Positions 10,431 through 19,885 of a DNA stretch of 64,000 nt are shown in pieces. Under the pieces are notes generated by a model. The model was not told the origin of the DNA. It did not search any database and saw nothing but the letters and a program-made list of their open reading frames with translations. Source of the DNA: Alphaproteobacteria bacterium (GTDB taxonomy: Bacteria > Pseudomonadota > Alphaproteobacteria > SP197). A program made the translations under genes and the position numbers. Positions within the stretch are counted from its first letter, which is position 1. Each line of letters begins with the position of its first letter. The stretch covers positions 3,936,001 to 4,000,000 of the forward strand of contig OZ245842.1 of assembly GCA_965228895.1 (NCBI GenBank). The letters are read 5' to 3'.

Positions 10431-11447
10431 TTACTTCGCCGCGGCCCAGACCGCATCCAGGAAAGACTGGGTCGCGATGGTGGCGGCCGCGTAGGCGGTC
10501 CACGTTTCGGTGGTCTCACTGCGTGCGAGATCGGCGAAGTCCTCGATCATGAGAACCTGTTGCGGCGTCTTCGACGGCGTCTCGACAAAGATGAAGTCTT
10601 GCGGCGTCATCGACCGTGTGCGCACGGTATAGCCCGTCGGCACATCGGCGGCCTGGCTGCCGATGCTGTTGGTCCAGTTCATGACGAAGTCGTCCATGGC
10701 CAAGACGCCCTTCTCGCCAAGCAGGCGGAAGTCCTCCAGCCTGGTGCCGCACTGGAAACCCGAACCGAAGGTCATGGTCTCGCCACTCTCGAAGCCGAGC
10801 GCGCCGATAGCCTCGGTCACGGCACCCGTATCGCTGTCGCGCCGCAGCACCACCTCGACCTCCGAAACAGCCCCTTGAGGCCGCAGGTATTCGACGATGG
10901 CGCGCATGCAGTACCAGCCGAGATCGCCCAACGCTCCCGTCGGTTCCAAAGCCGGGTCAAAGCGGATGTCCGACCGGTCGTCCAGGGGGCTGTAAAAGAC
11001 GCAGTGGAGGCCAAAGCGCTTGCCGATTCGTCTCTCAGCCACCGACCGGACGGCATCGCGGCGCGGATGGTGCACGAAGTGCGTGGCGTCCATGAACAGA
11101 AGGCCTGCCGAGGCAGCGGCATCGGCTATGCGCGCGACGGACCGGCCGTCCATAAACGGTTTATCGACGAGCACGTGCTTACCCGCCGCGATCGCCGCCA
11201 GCGCGACCGCTTCCTTCTTGGCCGTCGGGATCGCCACATAGACAGCGTTCACATCGTCGCGCGCCAGCAACGGCTCCAGACCTTCGACCGCCTGGGCATC
11301 CGCGCGTCCCGTGACAAAAGTCTCGGCTCGGCTCAACGTCCGGCTCGATACCGCCGCCAATCTTGCGTTGCCGGCCTGCTGGATCGCATTCGCGACCTCG
11401 TTGGCGATCATGCCGGTGCCGACAATACCGAAACCGAACGACGTCAT
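10431..11447 (-). CDS. Gfo/Idh/MocA family oxidoreductase
   Basis: GIVGTGMIA, AGKHVLVDKP, GALGDLGWYC. Confidence 0.9.
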   Translation of the reverse strand: MTSFGFGIVGTGMIANEVANAIQQAGNARLAAVSSRTLSRAETFVTGRADAQAVEGLEPLLARDDVNAVYVAIPTAKKEAVALAAIAAGKHVLVDKPFMDGRSVARIADAAASAGLLFMDATHFVHHPRRDAVRSVAERRIGKRFGLHCVFYSPLDDRSDIRFDPALEPTGALGDLGWYCMRAIVEYLRPQGAVSEVEVVLRRDSDTGAVTEAIGALGFESGETMTFGSGFQCGTRLEDFRLLGEKGVLAMDDFVMNWTNSIGSQAADVPTGYTVRTRSMTPQDFIFVETPSKTPQQVLMIEDFADLARSETTETWTAYAAATIATQSFLDAVWAAAK

Positions 11448-11483
11448 GGCGCTGCCAGCAAACTCTCGTTTGCGCTGCGCAAC

Positions 11484-12620
11484 CTACGCCCCGTCGAGCG
11501 CCTGCTTCACCATGTGGTGGAAAAGGTGAACGACATGCTCTTCCTGGCCATCGACTTCGGGGCCGACGATGAAGCGGCCCTGGTCATAGGCGTGGGACAT
11601 GAGACCGCGCTGGACAGATTCACACAACGACTGGTCTTCCCGGCCCAGCAGGTCGAACAGATAGGTGTCGCGGTCTTTGTCCTCGGGATCACCCGGTGCG
11701 GATAGGCGTTCGTTGACAAACGACGTCGTGGTCGGACTGCGCGGCACAATGTGCGTGATGTTCACGTTCACCGAGCCCGGCACGACGTTGATCGTCGTCG
11801 TCGGCCACAGATACCAGAACGCCGCGCGCTGGATCGGGTCGTCTTCGCTAAACGTATAGGCGCTGTTCTCCGGCTTCGTCTCCGGCCCCAACTGGAACGC
11901 CGAGATGCCGTCGATCGTGTGTTCGTAGCACGCCATGTCGATCATGTCGGCGAACGCCGGATGGGCGGGGCCGCAGTGGTAGCACTCGACATAATTGTCG
12001 ACGACCACCTTCCAGCCTGCCTGCATCACGCTGTCGCCAAACGTGCTTGTGCCGGTGAACGCGAGATCGTCGTAGTTCGGCACGAACCCGCGGATCGACG
12101 CCTCCAGGTTCGGCGCCTGCTGGGCCAACGGGACGGCGTCGTCATCCAGGTTGACGAAGATGAGGTTGCAGAACTCTTCGACGCGCACGGGTTTGAGGCC
12201 AAAGTCACTCTTGTCGAAACCCTTCACCGACTCGCAATTGCGCGCGGCCCTCAGGCTGCCGTCCGGCGCATAGGCCCAGGCGTGATAAGGGCAGGTGATC
12301 ACCGCCTTGACGTTGCCGGTGCCCTCAAGCAGTTCGTGGGCGCGATGCTGGCAGACGTTGTAGAACGCGCGCAGTTCGCCGTCGCGGCCGCGGATGACAA
12401 AGACGCCCTGGTCGACAATGGTCGTGGTCATGTAGTCGCCGGGTTTGGCGACCTGGCTCTTGTGGCCGACATACTGCCAGGTGCGGAAAAAGATGCGCTC
12501 CTTTTCCAACTCGAAGATCTCGGGGTCGGTGTAATAGCTGGCCGGCAGGGTATAGGAGTGTGCAGCGTCTTCCGTCAGGGGTTTGGGAAACGCTGCATGA
12601 ACGACATTCGACGTTGCCAT
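11484..12620 (-). CDS. Rieske oxygenase alpha subunit, carnitine monooxygenase CntA/YeaW-like
   Basis: CQHRAHELL...VITCPYHAW; DNYVECYHCGPAHPAF closely resembles the CntA motif; EDQSLCESVQRGLMS; RBS GGAGG before ATG 12620. Confidence 0.88.
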   Translation of the reverse strand: MATSNVVHAAFPKPLTEDAAHSYTLPASYYTDPEIFELEKERIFFRTWQYVGHKSQVAKPGDYMTTTIVDQGVFVIRGRDGELRAFYNVCQHRAHELLEGTGNVKAVITCPYHAWAYAPDGSLRAARNCESVKGFDKSDFGLKPVRVEEFCNLIFVNLDDDAVPLAQQAPNLEASIRGFVPNYDDLAFTGTSTFGDSVMQAGWKVVVDNYVECYHCGPAHPAFADMIDMACYEHTIDGISAFQLGPETKPENSAYTFSEDDPIQRAAFWYLWPTTTINVVPGSVNVNITHIVPRSPTTTSFVNERLSAPGDPEDKDRDTYLFDLLGREDQSLCESVQRGLMSHAYDQGRFIVGPEVDGQEEHVVHLFHHMVKQALDGA

Positions 12621-12640
12621 CGTCACATCCTCCGGCAGTT

Positions 12641-12688
12641 TTATTGAATATGTATTCAATAATAATCTGGCCGTCTCGGCCTTGTCAA
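12641..12688 (-). promoter_or_regulatory. Sigma70-type promoter (TTGACA-N18-TATTAT) overlapped by the palindrome TTATTGAATA-TG-TATTCAATAA (12641-12662), BetI/TetR-like operator
   Basis: Perfect 10-bp arms in an AT-rich patch; minus-strand TTGACA at 12688-12683 and TATTAT at 12664-12659. Confidence 0.7.
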
Positions 12689-12723
12689 TCCGCGGTGGCA
12701 TCACAGCATAGAGGGAGATCACC

Positions 12724-13263
12724 ATGGCGGCTATTCGCGGCTATATCGGCTGCAGTCTCGACGGCTACATCGCCTCATCCGACGGTTCGCTTGACTGGCT
12801 GACCAAGTATGACGGCATCGATGCGGGCGCACTGGATTACGAGCGGTTCATCGCCGGCATCAAGACCGTGGTCATGGGTCGCGCCACCTATGACGCCATC
12901 GTGGGCTTTGACGTCGGTTGGCCTTACACCGACCAGGAAACGATGGTCGTGACGTCGCGCGCGATCCCCGATGCCGTCGGGTCGCCGGCTGTCTGGTCCG
13001 ACGACATCGACGATCTGGTCGCCGACCTGCGCAGCAAGGATAACGGGGATGTTTGGGTGGTCGGCGGCGGCCGGCTCCAGCAAGCGTTCATCGATCGCGG
13101 CGCCCTCGACAGCCTGATGCTGTTCGTCGTGCCCGAGATCATTGGCGGCGGTGTTCCACTGTTTCCGGCCAGCGGGTTCGCCAGGACCGTGCGTCTGGAT
13201 GCCGCGCACGTGTTGGATCGCGGCTGTCTGGGCCTCATTTACGACTTCGCAGGTGCTTCCTAA
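12724..13263 (+). CDS. Dihydrofolate reductase family protein (RibD C-terminal domain)
   Basis: SLDGYIA, VMGRATY, VWVVGGG, PEIIGGGVPLF. Confidence 0.9.
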   Translation: MAAIRGYIGCSLDGYIASSDGSLDWLTKYDGIDAGALDYERFIAGIKTVVMGRATYDAIVGFDVGWPYTDQETMVVTSRAIPDAVGSPAVWSDDIDDLVADLRSKDNGDVWVVGGGRLQQAFIDRGALDSLMLFVVPEIIGGGVPLFPASGFARTVRLDAAHVLDRGCLGLIYDFAGAS

Positions 13264-13313
13264 CCGAACGTCATGACTTATCATGGTCGCCGCCACACCG
13301 GAGTACCTCGTCC

Positions 13314-14921
13314 ATGTCTCAATCCATGATCGTCGCGCCGCAGCCCGATGCCGTCGAAGCCAGCGCGCGCGCCTTACGAGACGGCGGCAACGCGCTTGAT
13401 GCCGCCCTTGCCTGCGCCTTCGCGCAGACCGTGGTCGATCCCTTGATGTGCGGCATCGCCGGGTTTGGCAGCCTGCAGGTGCTGATGCCGGGGTCGGGCG
13501 CCCATGAGATTATCGATTTTCACGGGCGTGTCCCCACCGCCGCGACGCCCGAGATGTGGCAGGACCTGATCCGGGGCGAGACCGAGGACGGCTTTGGCTT
13601 CGTTCTGAAGGATGCGGTCAACGACTTGGGCTATCAGTCGATCACCACGCCCGGTACCTTGAAGGCCTTCGAGGAAGCGCACCGGCGTCACGGTAACCTG
13701 CCATGGTCGCGCATCCTGGAACCGGCGATCGCGCTGGCGGCGGACGGCTACGTCCTGGCGCCGGAGGTCTATTACTACTGGGTCTCCCGCGACGCGCCCG
13801 GCCGCATTGCGGTGCGCGATCGTCTCGCCTATTCGCCCGCCGGCCGTGCGATCTATTGCGAAGACGACGGCACGCCAAGAGACATCGGCAGTGTCATCCG
13901 CAATTCCGATATGGCCGCGACCCTCTCGCGCATCGCCGATGGTGGCGCCGATGTTTTCTATCATGGCGACATTGCCCAGACGATCGATGCCGACATGAAG
14001 GCCCATGGCGGCCTGCTGTCGGCCGTCGACCTGGCGGATTACGAGACGGTCACGGGCGAACCGCTCTGGGGCAGCTACCGTGGACTCAGCTTTTCCACCA
14101 ACCGGCCGCCAGGCGGTGGCATCATGTTGATCGAGATGCTGAACATTCTGGAAAACTTCGACCTCGCCGCCATGGGCCATAACAGCCCGGACTATATGCG
14201 CGTGGTTGCCGAAGCGATGAAGATCGCGACATCCGACAAGGACAACTTTGTCGGCGATCCCCGTTTCGTCGATGTGCCGGTCGACCGGTTGACGGACAAG
14301 GCCTATGCCGCCGGCCACGCTGAGGCGATCGAGCGCGGCGAGATCGCCCAGGTCGAGCGGCTCGGGCTGGCCGAATCGGCGGGCACAACCCATATCAGCG
14401 TCGCCGACGCCCATGGCAACGCGGTCTCGGTGACCCATTCGCTGGGCATGATGTCCGGGGTCGTCACCGACGGTTTGGGTTTCATGTACAATGGCTGCAT
14501 GGCCGTCTTCGACCCTCGGCCCGGGCGCGCCGGCTCGATCGCACCAGGCAAGGCGCGGTTCAGTTCGGTCTGCCCGACCATCGTCTTCCAGAACGGTGAG
14601 CCCTGGCTGATCCTGGGCGCGCCTGGCGGCACCCAGATCGCCATGGGTGTGCTGCAGGTCATGTTGAACGTCATCGATTTCGGCATGTCCGTGCAGGAGG
14701 CCGTCCTGGCGCCGCGCTTCTCGGCGACCAGCGACGCGATCACCGTGACCGCGCGCATTCCGCGCTATGCCTATGCATCGCTTGAGGAACGCGGTTATCC
14801 AATCGCCAGAAGCCCCTATAGTTACGAAATCGCCTCGGTCCACGCGCTCAAAAAGGTCGATGGCAAATGGACAGGTGCCGCCGATATTCCTTATGGCGGT
14901 GGCATGGCGTTGGGAGTCTAG
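13314..14921 (+). CDS. ggt: Gamma-glutamyltransferase family protein
   Basis: GGNALDAA, nucleophile Thr in GTTHISVAD, GAPGGTQI. Start taken at ATG 13314. Confidence 0.9.
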   Translation: MSQSMIVAPQPDAVEASARALRDGGNALDAALACAFAQTVVDPLMCGIAGFGSLQVLMPGSGAHEIIDFHGRVPTAATPEMWQDLIRGETEDGFGFVLKDAVNDLGYQSITTPGTLKAFEEAHRRHGNLPWSRILEPAIALAADGYVLAPEVYYYWVSRDAPGRIAVRDRLAYSPAGRAIYCEDDGTPRDIGSVIRNSDMAATLSRIADGGADVFYHGDIAQTIDADMKAHGGLLSAVDLADYETVTGEPLWGSYRGLSFSTNRPPGGGIMLIEMLNILENFDLAAMGHNSPDYMRVVAEAMKIATSDKDNFVGDPRFVDVPVDRLTDKAYAAGHAEAIERGEIAQVERLGLAESAGTTHISVADAHGNAVSVTHSLGMMSGVVTDGLGFMYNGCMAVFDPRPGRAGSIAPGKARFSSVCPTIVFQNGEPWLILGAPGGTQIAMGVLQVMLNVIDFGMSVQEAVLAPRFSATSDAITVTARIPRYAYASLEERGYPIARSPYSYEIASVHALKKVDGKWTGAADIPYGGGMALGV

Positions 14922-14924
14922 GTC

Positions 14925-15728
14925 ATGGATGCGAAGACAGCGGTCAGAAAGTCCTTCGAGGAAGGCGACTACCCCTATCCCGAGCCCTTTGGGCGCAAGA
15001 AATACGAGAAGAAGAAGGAACCCCTGCAGATCGAGCTGGTCCGCATGCTGCGCTGGTTGCACGAGACCGACCAACGCCTGGTCCTCGTTTTCGAGGGACG
15101 CGATGCGGCCGGCAAAGGCGGCATGATCAAGGCGCTGACGGAACACCTGAACCCCCGCGTCGCCCGCGTCGTTGCCCTGCCTAAACCCAACGAGACCGAA
15201 CGCGGTCAATGGTACTTCCAGCGCTACGTCGCCCACCTGCCGACCAAGGGCGAAATGGCTCTGTTTGACCGCTCCTGGTACAACCGCGCCGGCGTCGAGC
15301 GCGTCATGGGTTTCTGCGACGAGCCGCAGTACCGCCTGTTCATGAACCAGGCGCCGGCCTTCGAACGCATGCTGCTGGATGACGGCGTCCTGCTCTTCAA
15401 ATATTGGCTCACCATCAGCCAGCACGAACAGAAGCGCCGTTTCGAACGCCGCTGCAAGGATCCTCTGAAGCAGTGGAAAATGAGTCCGATCGACATGGCC
15501 GCTGTCGACAAATGGGATGACTATACGAAGGCGCGCGAAGAGATGTTTGCGGCGACTGACACCCCGTTCGCACCGTGGACCGTCGTCAACGCCGAAGATA
15601 AACACCGCGCCCGGCTGGCAACCATGCGCCACCTGTTGTCGGCACTTGACTACGACGGCAAGAATTCCGACGTCATCGGCACGCCGGACTCCAAGATCAT
15701 CGATCACCCGGATGGCGTCACCTACTGA
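14925..15728 (+). CDS. ppk2: Polyphosphate kinase 2
   Basis: FEGRDAAGKGG, WYFQRY, FDRSWYNRAGVERVMGFC, DPLKQWKMSP. Confidence 0.96.
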   Translation: MDAKTAVRKSFEEGDYPYPEPFGRKKYEKKKEPLQIELVRMLRWLHETDQRLVLVFEGRDAAGKGGMIKALTEHLNPRVARVVALPKPNETERGQWYFQRYVAHLPTKGEMALFDRSWYNRAGVERVMGFCDEPQYRLFMNQAPAFERMLLDDGVLLFKYWLTISQHEQKRRFERRCKDPLKQWKMSPIDMAAVDKWDDYTKAREEMFAATDTPFAPWTVVNAEDKHRARLATMRHLLSALDYDGKNSDVIGTPDSKIIDHPDGVTY

Positions 15729-15915
15729 CGCCTTCGTGCGCCAGCAAATGTGGCGCTAACCCGGCGACAAACCGGCAATGGTCTGACATCGCTCTGTTTT
15801 TCGCCGGCTTCACGGCAGAAAGATCACAGCGGGAAACTTTTTTGCGAAGGGTTTTCCGTGGCCGTGCGTATGAGAAACACGACCAGGACAAACCCTAACA
15901 AGAGAGAAGAAACTC

Positions 15916-16695
15916 ATGGATCGCGTTGTTACCCCTACTCTGGCCGCCACGGCCTTGCTGCTGCTGCTCGCCGGTGTTTCCGCGACGGCCCACTCGGCCG
16001 GCGACCGCGCCGAAGCGATGTTCGATCGCGCCGACACCAATGCCGACGGTTCGATCACTGTCGAGGAATGGCAGGCCATGCGTGACACCATGTTCACGAC
16101 CATGGACGCCAACGCCGATGGTTACGTCACGATTGAGGAGGCCCAGTTGATGCGCGCCGAACGTCACGGCGACAAGATGATCGAAAAACACGATGCCGAC
16201 GGCGACGGGCTGGTCTCGACCGACGAGTTCATGAACGGCGAGTTCAAGGGCCTGAAGAAGTTCGAGCGGCTCGATGCCGACAGTGACGGTGTCGTCACCC
16301 AGGCTGAAGCCGACGAAAGCCGTCATGGCAAGAAACTCATGGAAAAGGCCGACCTGAATGGCGACGGTCAGGTGACGATGGACGAAATCATGTCGCTCCG
16401 CGCCGAGAAGTTCGCCACCATGGATACGGACGGCGACGGTTTTGTTTCGGCCAGCGATGTCTCCGAAGCCTATGCCGCGCGCAAGGCCGAGTCGGACCAC
16501 CAGGGTCACGGCAAACACCATCGCATGTTCGAACGTGCGGATGCCGATGGTGACGGCCAGATTTCGGCCGACGAGTTCGCCAACACCAAACCGAACATGT
16601 TCGAGTGTCTGGATGCCGACGGTGACGGCGCCATCACGCTCGACGAAGCGTCGGATCGCGATCGTCACCGCGATTGCCGCAAAGACGCGGGCTGA
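15916..16695 (+). CDS. Secreted EF-hand calcium-binding protein (8 EF-hand loops)
   Basis: Signal peptide followed by eight DxD/NxDG loops. Confidence 0.88.
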   Translation: MDRVVTPTLAATALLLLLAGVSATAHSAGDRAEAMFDRADTNADGSITVEEWQAMRDTMFTTMDANADGYVTIEEAQLMRAERHGDKMIEKHDADGDGLVSTDEFMNGEFKGLKKFERLDADSDGVVTQAEADESRHGKKLMEKADLNGDGQVTMDEIMSLRAEKFATMDTDGDGFVSASDVSEAYAARKAESDHQGHGKHHRMFERADADGDGQISADEFANTKPNMFECLDADGDGAITLDEASDRDRHRDCRKDAG

Positions 16696-16809
16696 CCCTC
16701 CCCCGTCTCCTCGCGGCGGGCGGCGCGCTCGACTTCGGTCGTCGCGCCGTTCGTTTTCTTACCCTATGCTCATCTGCTCACGATCATCTCTTGGGCACCG
16801 AGCTGACGC

Positions 16810-17613
16810 ATGGCACCGGACAAACAGCCGTCCTCAGACTTGCAGCGCGACGGCCACACCATCTTCTACGACCTCAGCGGAACCGGCACGCCGGTCACGC
16901 TGATCCACGGGGTCGGCACCTGGTCGGACGACTGGCTCGGCGTGATCGAGCGGTTCGGCGGGCGGTTCCGCACGCTGCGCTACGACCTCAGAAGTCATGG
17001 CCGATCAGGGTCGCCGCCGGGCGATTACACGGCCGCTGATTTCGTCGGCGATCTTGTCTGCCTGCTCGACCATGTCGGCATCGAAAAGACACACCTTGCC
17101 GGCTTTTCTCTCGGCGGATTGATTGTCCAGGCGTTCGCGCTGGCCCATCCCGACCGCGTCGACCGCCTTGCGCTCATGTCGACGGTTGCCGGGCGTACGG
17201 CCGAGGAGCGCGAAAGGGTCATGGGTCGCCTCGACTTTATTCGCAACGAACCGCCGGTCAGCTATTTTGATGCGTCGGCGTCGCGCTGGTTCACCGACAG
17301 TTTCCGCGCCGAACACCCGGACCTCCTAGCGGAAAAGAAAAAGGTAATCGGCCGTATGGATACCGACCGTTATGCCGCCTGCTACCGCGTGCTGGCCGAA
17401 AGCGATTTTGCCGACGAACTCCACCGAATCCCAAACCGCACCTTGGTCATGACCGGCGAATTCGATCAGGGCTCCAACCCGCGCATGGCACGCCTGATGC
17501 ACGAGCGCCTGCCCGATTCCGAACTGATCATCCTGCCGCGTCTGCGCCACAGCATCCTGCTGGAGGCGCCCGATATCGTCGGCGGCATCCTGCGCGAGTT
17601 CTTTTCGCCGTAA
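16810..17613 (+). CDS. Alpha/beta hydrolase (PcaD/TgnD-like)
   Basis: LIHGVG, GFSLGG nucleophile elbow, GEFD, RHS. Confidence 0.88.
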   Translation: MAPDKQPSSDLQRDGHTIFYDLSGTGTPVTLIHGVGTWSDDWLGVIERFGGRFRTLRYDLRSHGRSGSPPGDYTAADFVGDLVCLLDHVGIEKTHLAGFSLGGLIVQAFALAHPDRVDRLALMSTVAGRTAEERERVMGRLDFIRNEPPVSYFDASASRWFTDSFRAEHPDLLAEKKKVIGRMDTDRYAACYRVLAESDFADELHRIPNRTLVMTGEFDQGSNPRMARLMHERLPDSELIILPRLRHSILLEAPDIVGGILREFFSP

Positions 17614-18417
17614 CTACCCCGCTCTCACCGACAAACGGTCAATCCGCAAACGGTGGCGGTCGTCGGTCAATCGGCGGACCCCGCCAAGTACCGCCAGGAC
17701 GACGCCGAAGCCGGTGGCGCCGCCGATCAGGAACATCACAAGCAGCTGATACTTGACCGCCTCGACCGGCGGCACGCCGGCCAGGATCTGGCCGGTCATC
17801 ATGCCCGGCAGCGAGACGATACCGGTCGCCGACATCGAGTTGATGATCGGCATGAACCCGGCGCGCAGCGCATCGCGCATGATCGTACCGAGCGCTTCGA
17901 ATCGCGGCTGGCCGAGCGCGATACGGGCTTCGATCGAGGCGCTTTCGCGTACCGCCGCGACGGTCAGGGTATCCAGACCCAGGCTGATGCCGGTCATGGT
18001 GTTGCCCAGGATCATGCCGAGTAACGGGATGGCATAGCGCGGATCGAACCAGGGATCGGGCCTGATCTGCGTGCCCAAGGCCAGGACGGTTACGCTGATC
18101 GCCGCGACCAGCATGGTCGAAACGCCGAGACCATAGGCCCAGAAGCCCCTGAGACGGTTCTTCTGGCGGGCCATCACCTCGTAACCGGCGACGGCGACCA
18201 TGACCAAGGCCATCAAGCCGGTCCACAAGGGCGACGCACGTTCGAACAGGAACGTCAGCACCAGGCCGACGAGCAGGAGCTGGACCGTCATGCGGATGGC
18301 GGCGACAAACAACTGCCGCGCAAGCCCCAATGACAGCAGGATCGAGAGGATCCCGTTGACGACAAGCAGCAACGCCGCCAGCGCGATGTCCTGATAGGTG
18401 AGTTCGATGAAGTTCAT
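17614..18417 (-). CDS. ABC transporter permease, UPF0014 (FetB/YbbM/STAR2-like)
   Basis: RMTVQLLLVG, GMILGNTM, GIVSLPGMMTGQILAG..P..AVKYQ; ATGA overlap with the upstream ATPase gene. Confidence 0.92.
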   Translation of the reverse strand: MNFIELTYQDIALAALLLVVNGILSILLSLGLARQLFVAAIRMTVQLLLVGLVLTFLFERASPLWTGLMALVMVAVAGYEVMARQKNRLRGFWAYGLGVSTMLVAAISVTVLALGTQIRPDPWFDPRYAIPLLGMILGNTMTGISLGLDTLTVAAVRESASIEARIALGQPRFEALGTIMRDALRAGFMPIINSMSATGIVSLPGMMTGQILAGVPPVEAVKYQLLVMFLIGGATGFGVVLAVLGGVRRLTDDRHRLRIDRLSVRAG

Positions 18418-19031
18418 GACGCGGCCGGCTCCAGACAGCCCGCGCGCATGTGATAGCAACGCTCCCCGAGCCGCTCGGCGAATGCCCGATCATGGGTCGC
18501 AACCAGCAGCCCCATACCTTGCTCGCGCCGGGTTTCCAGAAGATCGGCAACGAGGTCACGGCTTTCGGTATCAAGCGCCGCCGTCGGCTCATCCAACAGC
18601 AGCACCTCGGGGTCTTGGATGAGCGCTCGGACAAGCGCCAAACGCTGTTTTTCGCCGGTCGAGAGGCGATTCACCGGTGCATCGAGAAAACTCTCCGCAA
18701 GGCCGAGGCGGCCCATGGTTTCCCGTGCACGATCCGATTTTGCCATGTGGGGTCCGACCGTTTCGGTCCACCAGCCGGGCTCAGCGGCGACATACGTCAC
18801 CTTGGAGCGCCAAGCTGGTCCCGGCATGGCCGAGCACGCGGTGCCGTTCAGATAGACCTCGCCCTCATGGGGGTCGAGGTCGGCGATCGCGCGCAGCAGC
18901 ATCGACTTGCCCGAACCGGACGGCCCCATCACCGCGCCACACGAACCCGCATTTAGCGCCAAAGTGGCCGGCGCCAGGCCCGGGCGCGCGACACCATCGA
19001 TCACCAACAATGCCTGGCTCGTTTCGGTCAT
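18414..19031 (-). CDS. ABC transporter ATP-binding protein (FetA/YbbL-like)
   Basis: Walker A GPSGSGKS, signature LSTGEKQR, Walker B LLLDEPT, H-loop ATHD. Confidence 0.92.
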   Translation of the reverse strand: MTETSQALLVIDGVARPGLAPATLALNAGSCGAVMGPSGSGKSMLLRAIADLDPHEGEVYLNGTACSAMPGPAWRSKVTYVAAEPGWWTETVGPHMAKSDRARETMGRLGLAESFLDAPVNRLSTGEKQRLALVRALIQDPEVLLLDEPTAALDTESRDLVADLLETRREQGMGLLVATHDRAFAERLGERCYHMRAGCLEPAAS

Positions 19032-19885
19032 GAGGGTTCCCGGCCATCAGGCCAGGGCAGCATGGCGGCTTCGAAAGCACCGACATGCCGGAGCGTTCCG
19101 GCCGCCCGCTTGGCGCCCGCCTCCAGGCTGCGGCGGACATCCCGCGTTTGGGCATAGGACGCCAGGAACCCCGCCTGGAAGCTGTCGCCCGCGCCCGTCG
19201 TGTCAACGACATCGGTAACAGCCACGGCGGGACAGGCGATTCGTTCTCGGCCGCCCAGCGCCAGACTGCCGGCAGCACCCAACGTCACGACAAAGAGCTT
19301 GCCGTGGTGCTGGGCCAGCCCTTCAAGCGCGTCGATCAGGTCGGTGTCACCGGCAGCCAAACCAGCGAAACCGATATCGATGCTGGGCAGAGCACGCCTG
19401 ACCGGTGCCAGGCGATCATCGGTGTCGTTCAGGTCTAAAAAGTCGACGGCGCGCAAACCAGACGATGGCGTCTTCACCGCCGACTCAAAAAAACCCATGA
19501 CCTGCCGGTAACAGGTCATCAACAGCACGTCGGAGTCGGCAATGATGGGTGATTCCGCAGCGCCGACACGATAGTCCGTGAGCACGCCGGCCTCGTAGCG
19601 GATGAAGATCCGCTCGCCCGATGGATCGTGGTCGATGACCTGCAACGACGTGCGCCCCGCCATCTCAGGCAACACACCCGCGACATCATGGCCGACGATC
19701 GCCGCGCGCACGTCGCTGGCTTCGCGGTCGTTGCCGAGCGCACAGACCACCGCGATCTCGCTGCCCGGCGGAAAGGTTGCCTTGGCGTTGACCGCAAAGT
19801 TGAGCGCGATCCCGCCGACACGGTCGGCCTTCAGGTCGAGGTAACGGTCGACCCCGCAGTCACCGACCGCGACCACGCGCATCAC
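19028..19885 (-). CDS. PfkB family kinase (fructoselysine 6-kinase FrlD-like)
   Basis: VGDCGVDRY...GGIALNFAV, VVTLGAAGS, VVDTTGAGDSF. Confidence 0.85.
   Translation of the reverse strand: MMRVVAVGDCGVDRYLDLKADRVGGIALNFAVNAKATFPPGSEIAVVCALGNDREASDVRAAIVGHDVAGVLPEMAGRTSLQVIDHDPSGERIFIRYEAGVLTDYRVGAAESPIIADSDVLLMTCYRQVMGFFESAVKTPSSGLRAVDFLDLNDTDDRLAPVRRALPSIDIGFAGLAAGDTDLIDALEGLAQHHGKLFVVTLGAAGSLALGGRERIACPAVAVTDVVDTTGAGDSFQAGFLASYAQTRDVRRSLEAGAKRAAGTLRHVGAFEAAMLPWPDGREPS

Noticed and set aside
13374-15707. 777-aa - strand ORF
   Set aside because: Antisense shadow of ggt and ppk2.
16021-16650. Recurring GATGCCGACGG-like nucleotide repeats as a CRISPR or tandem array
   Set aside because: They encode the EF-hand loops; there is no repeat-spacer structure and no cas gene.
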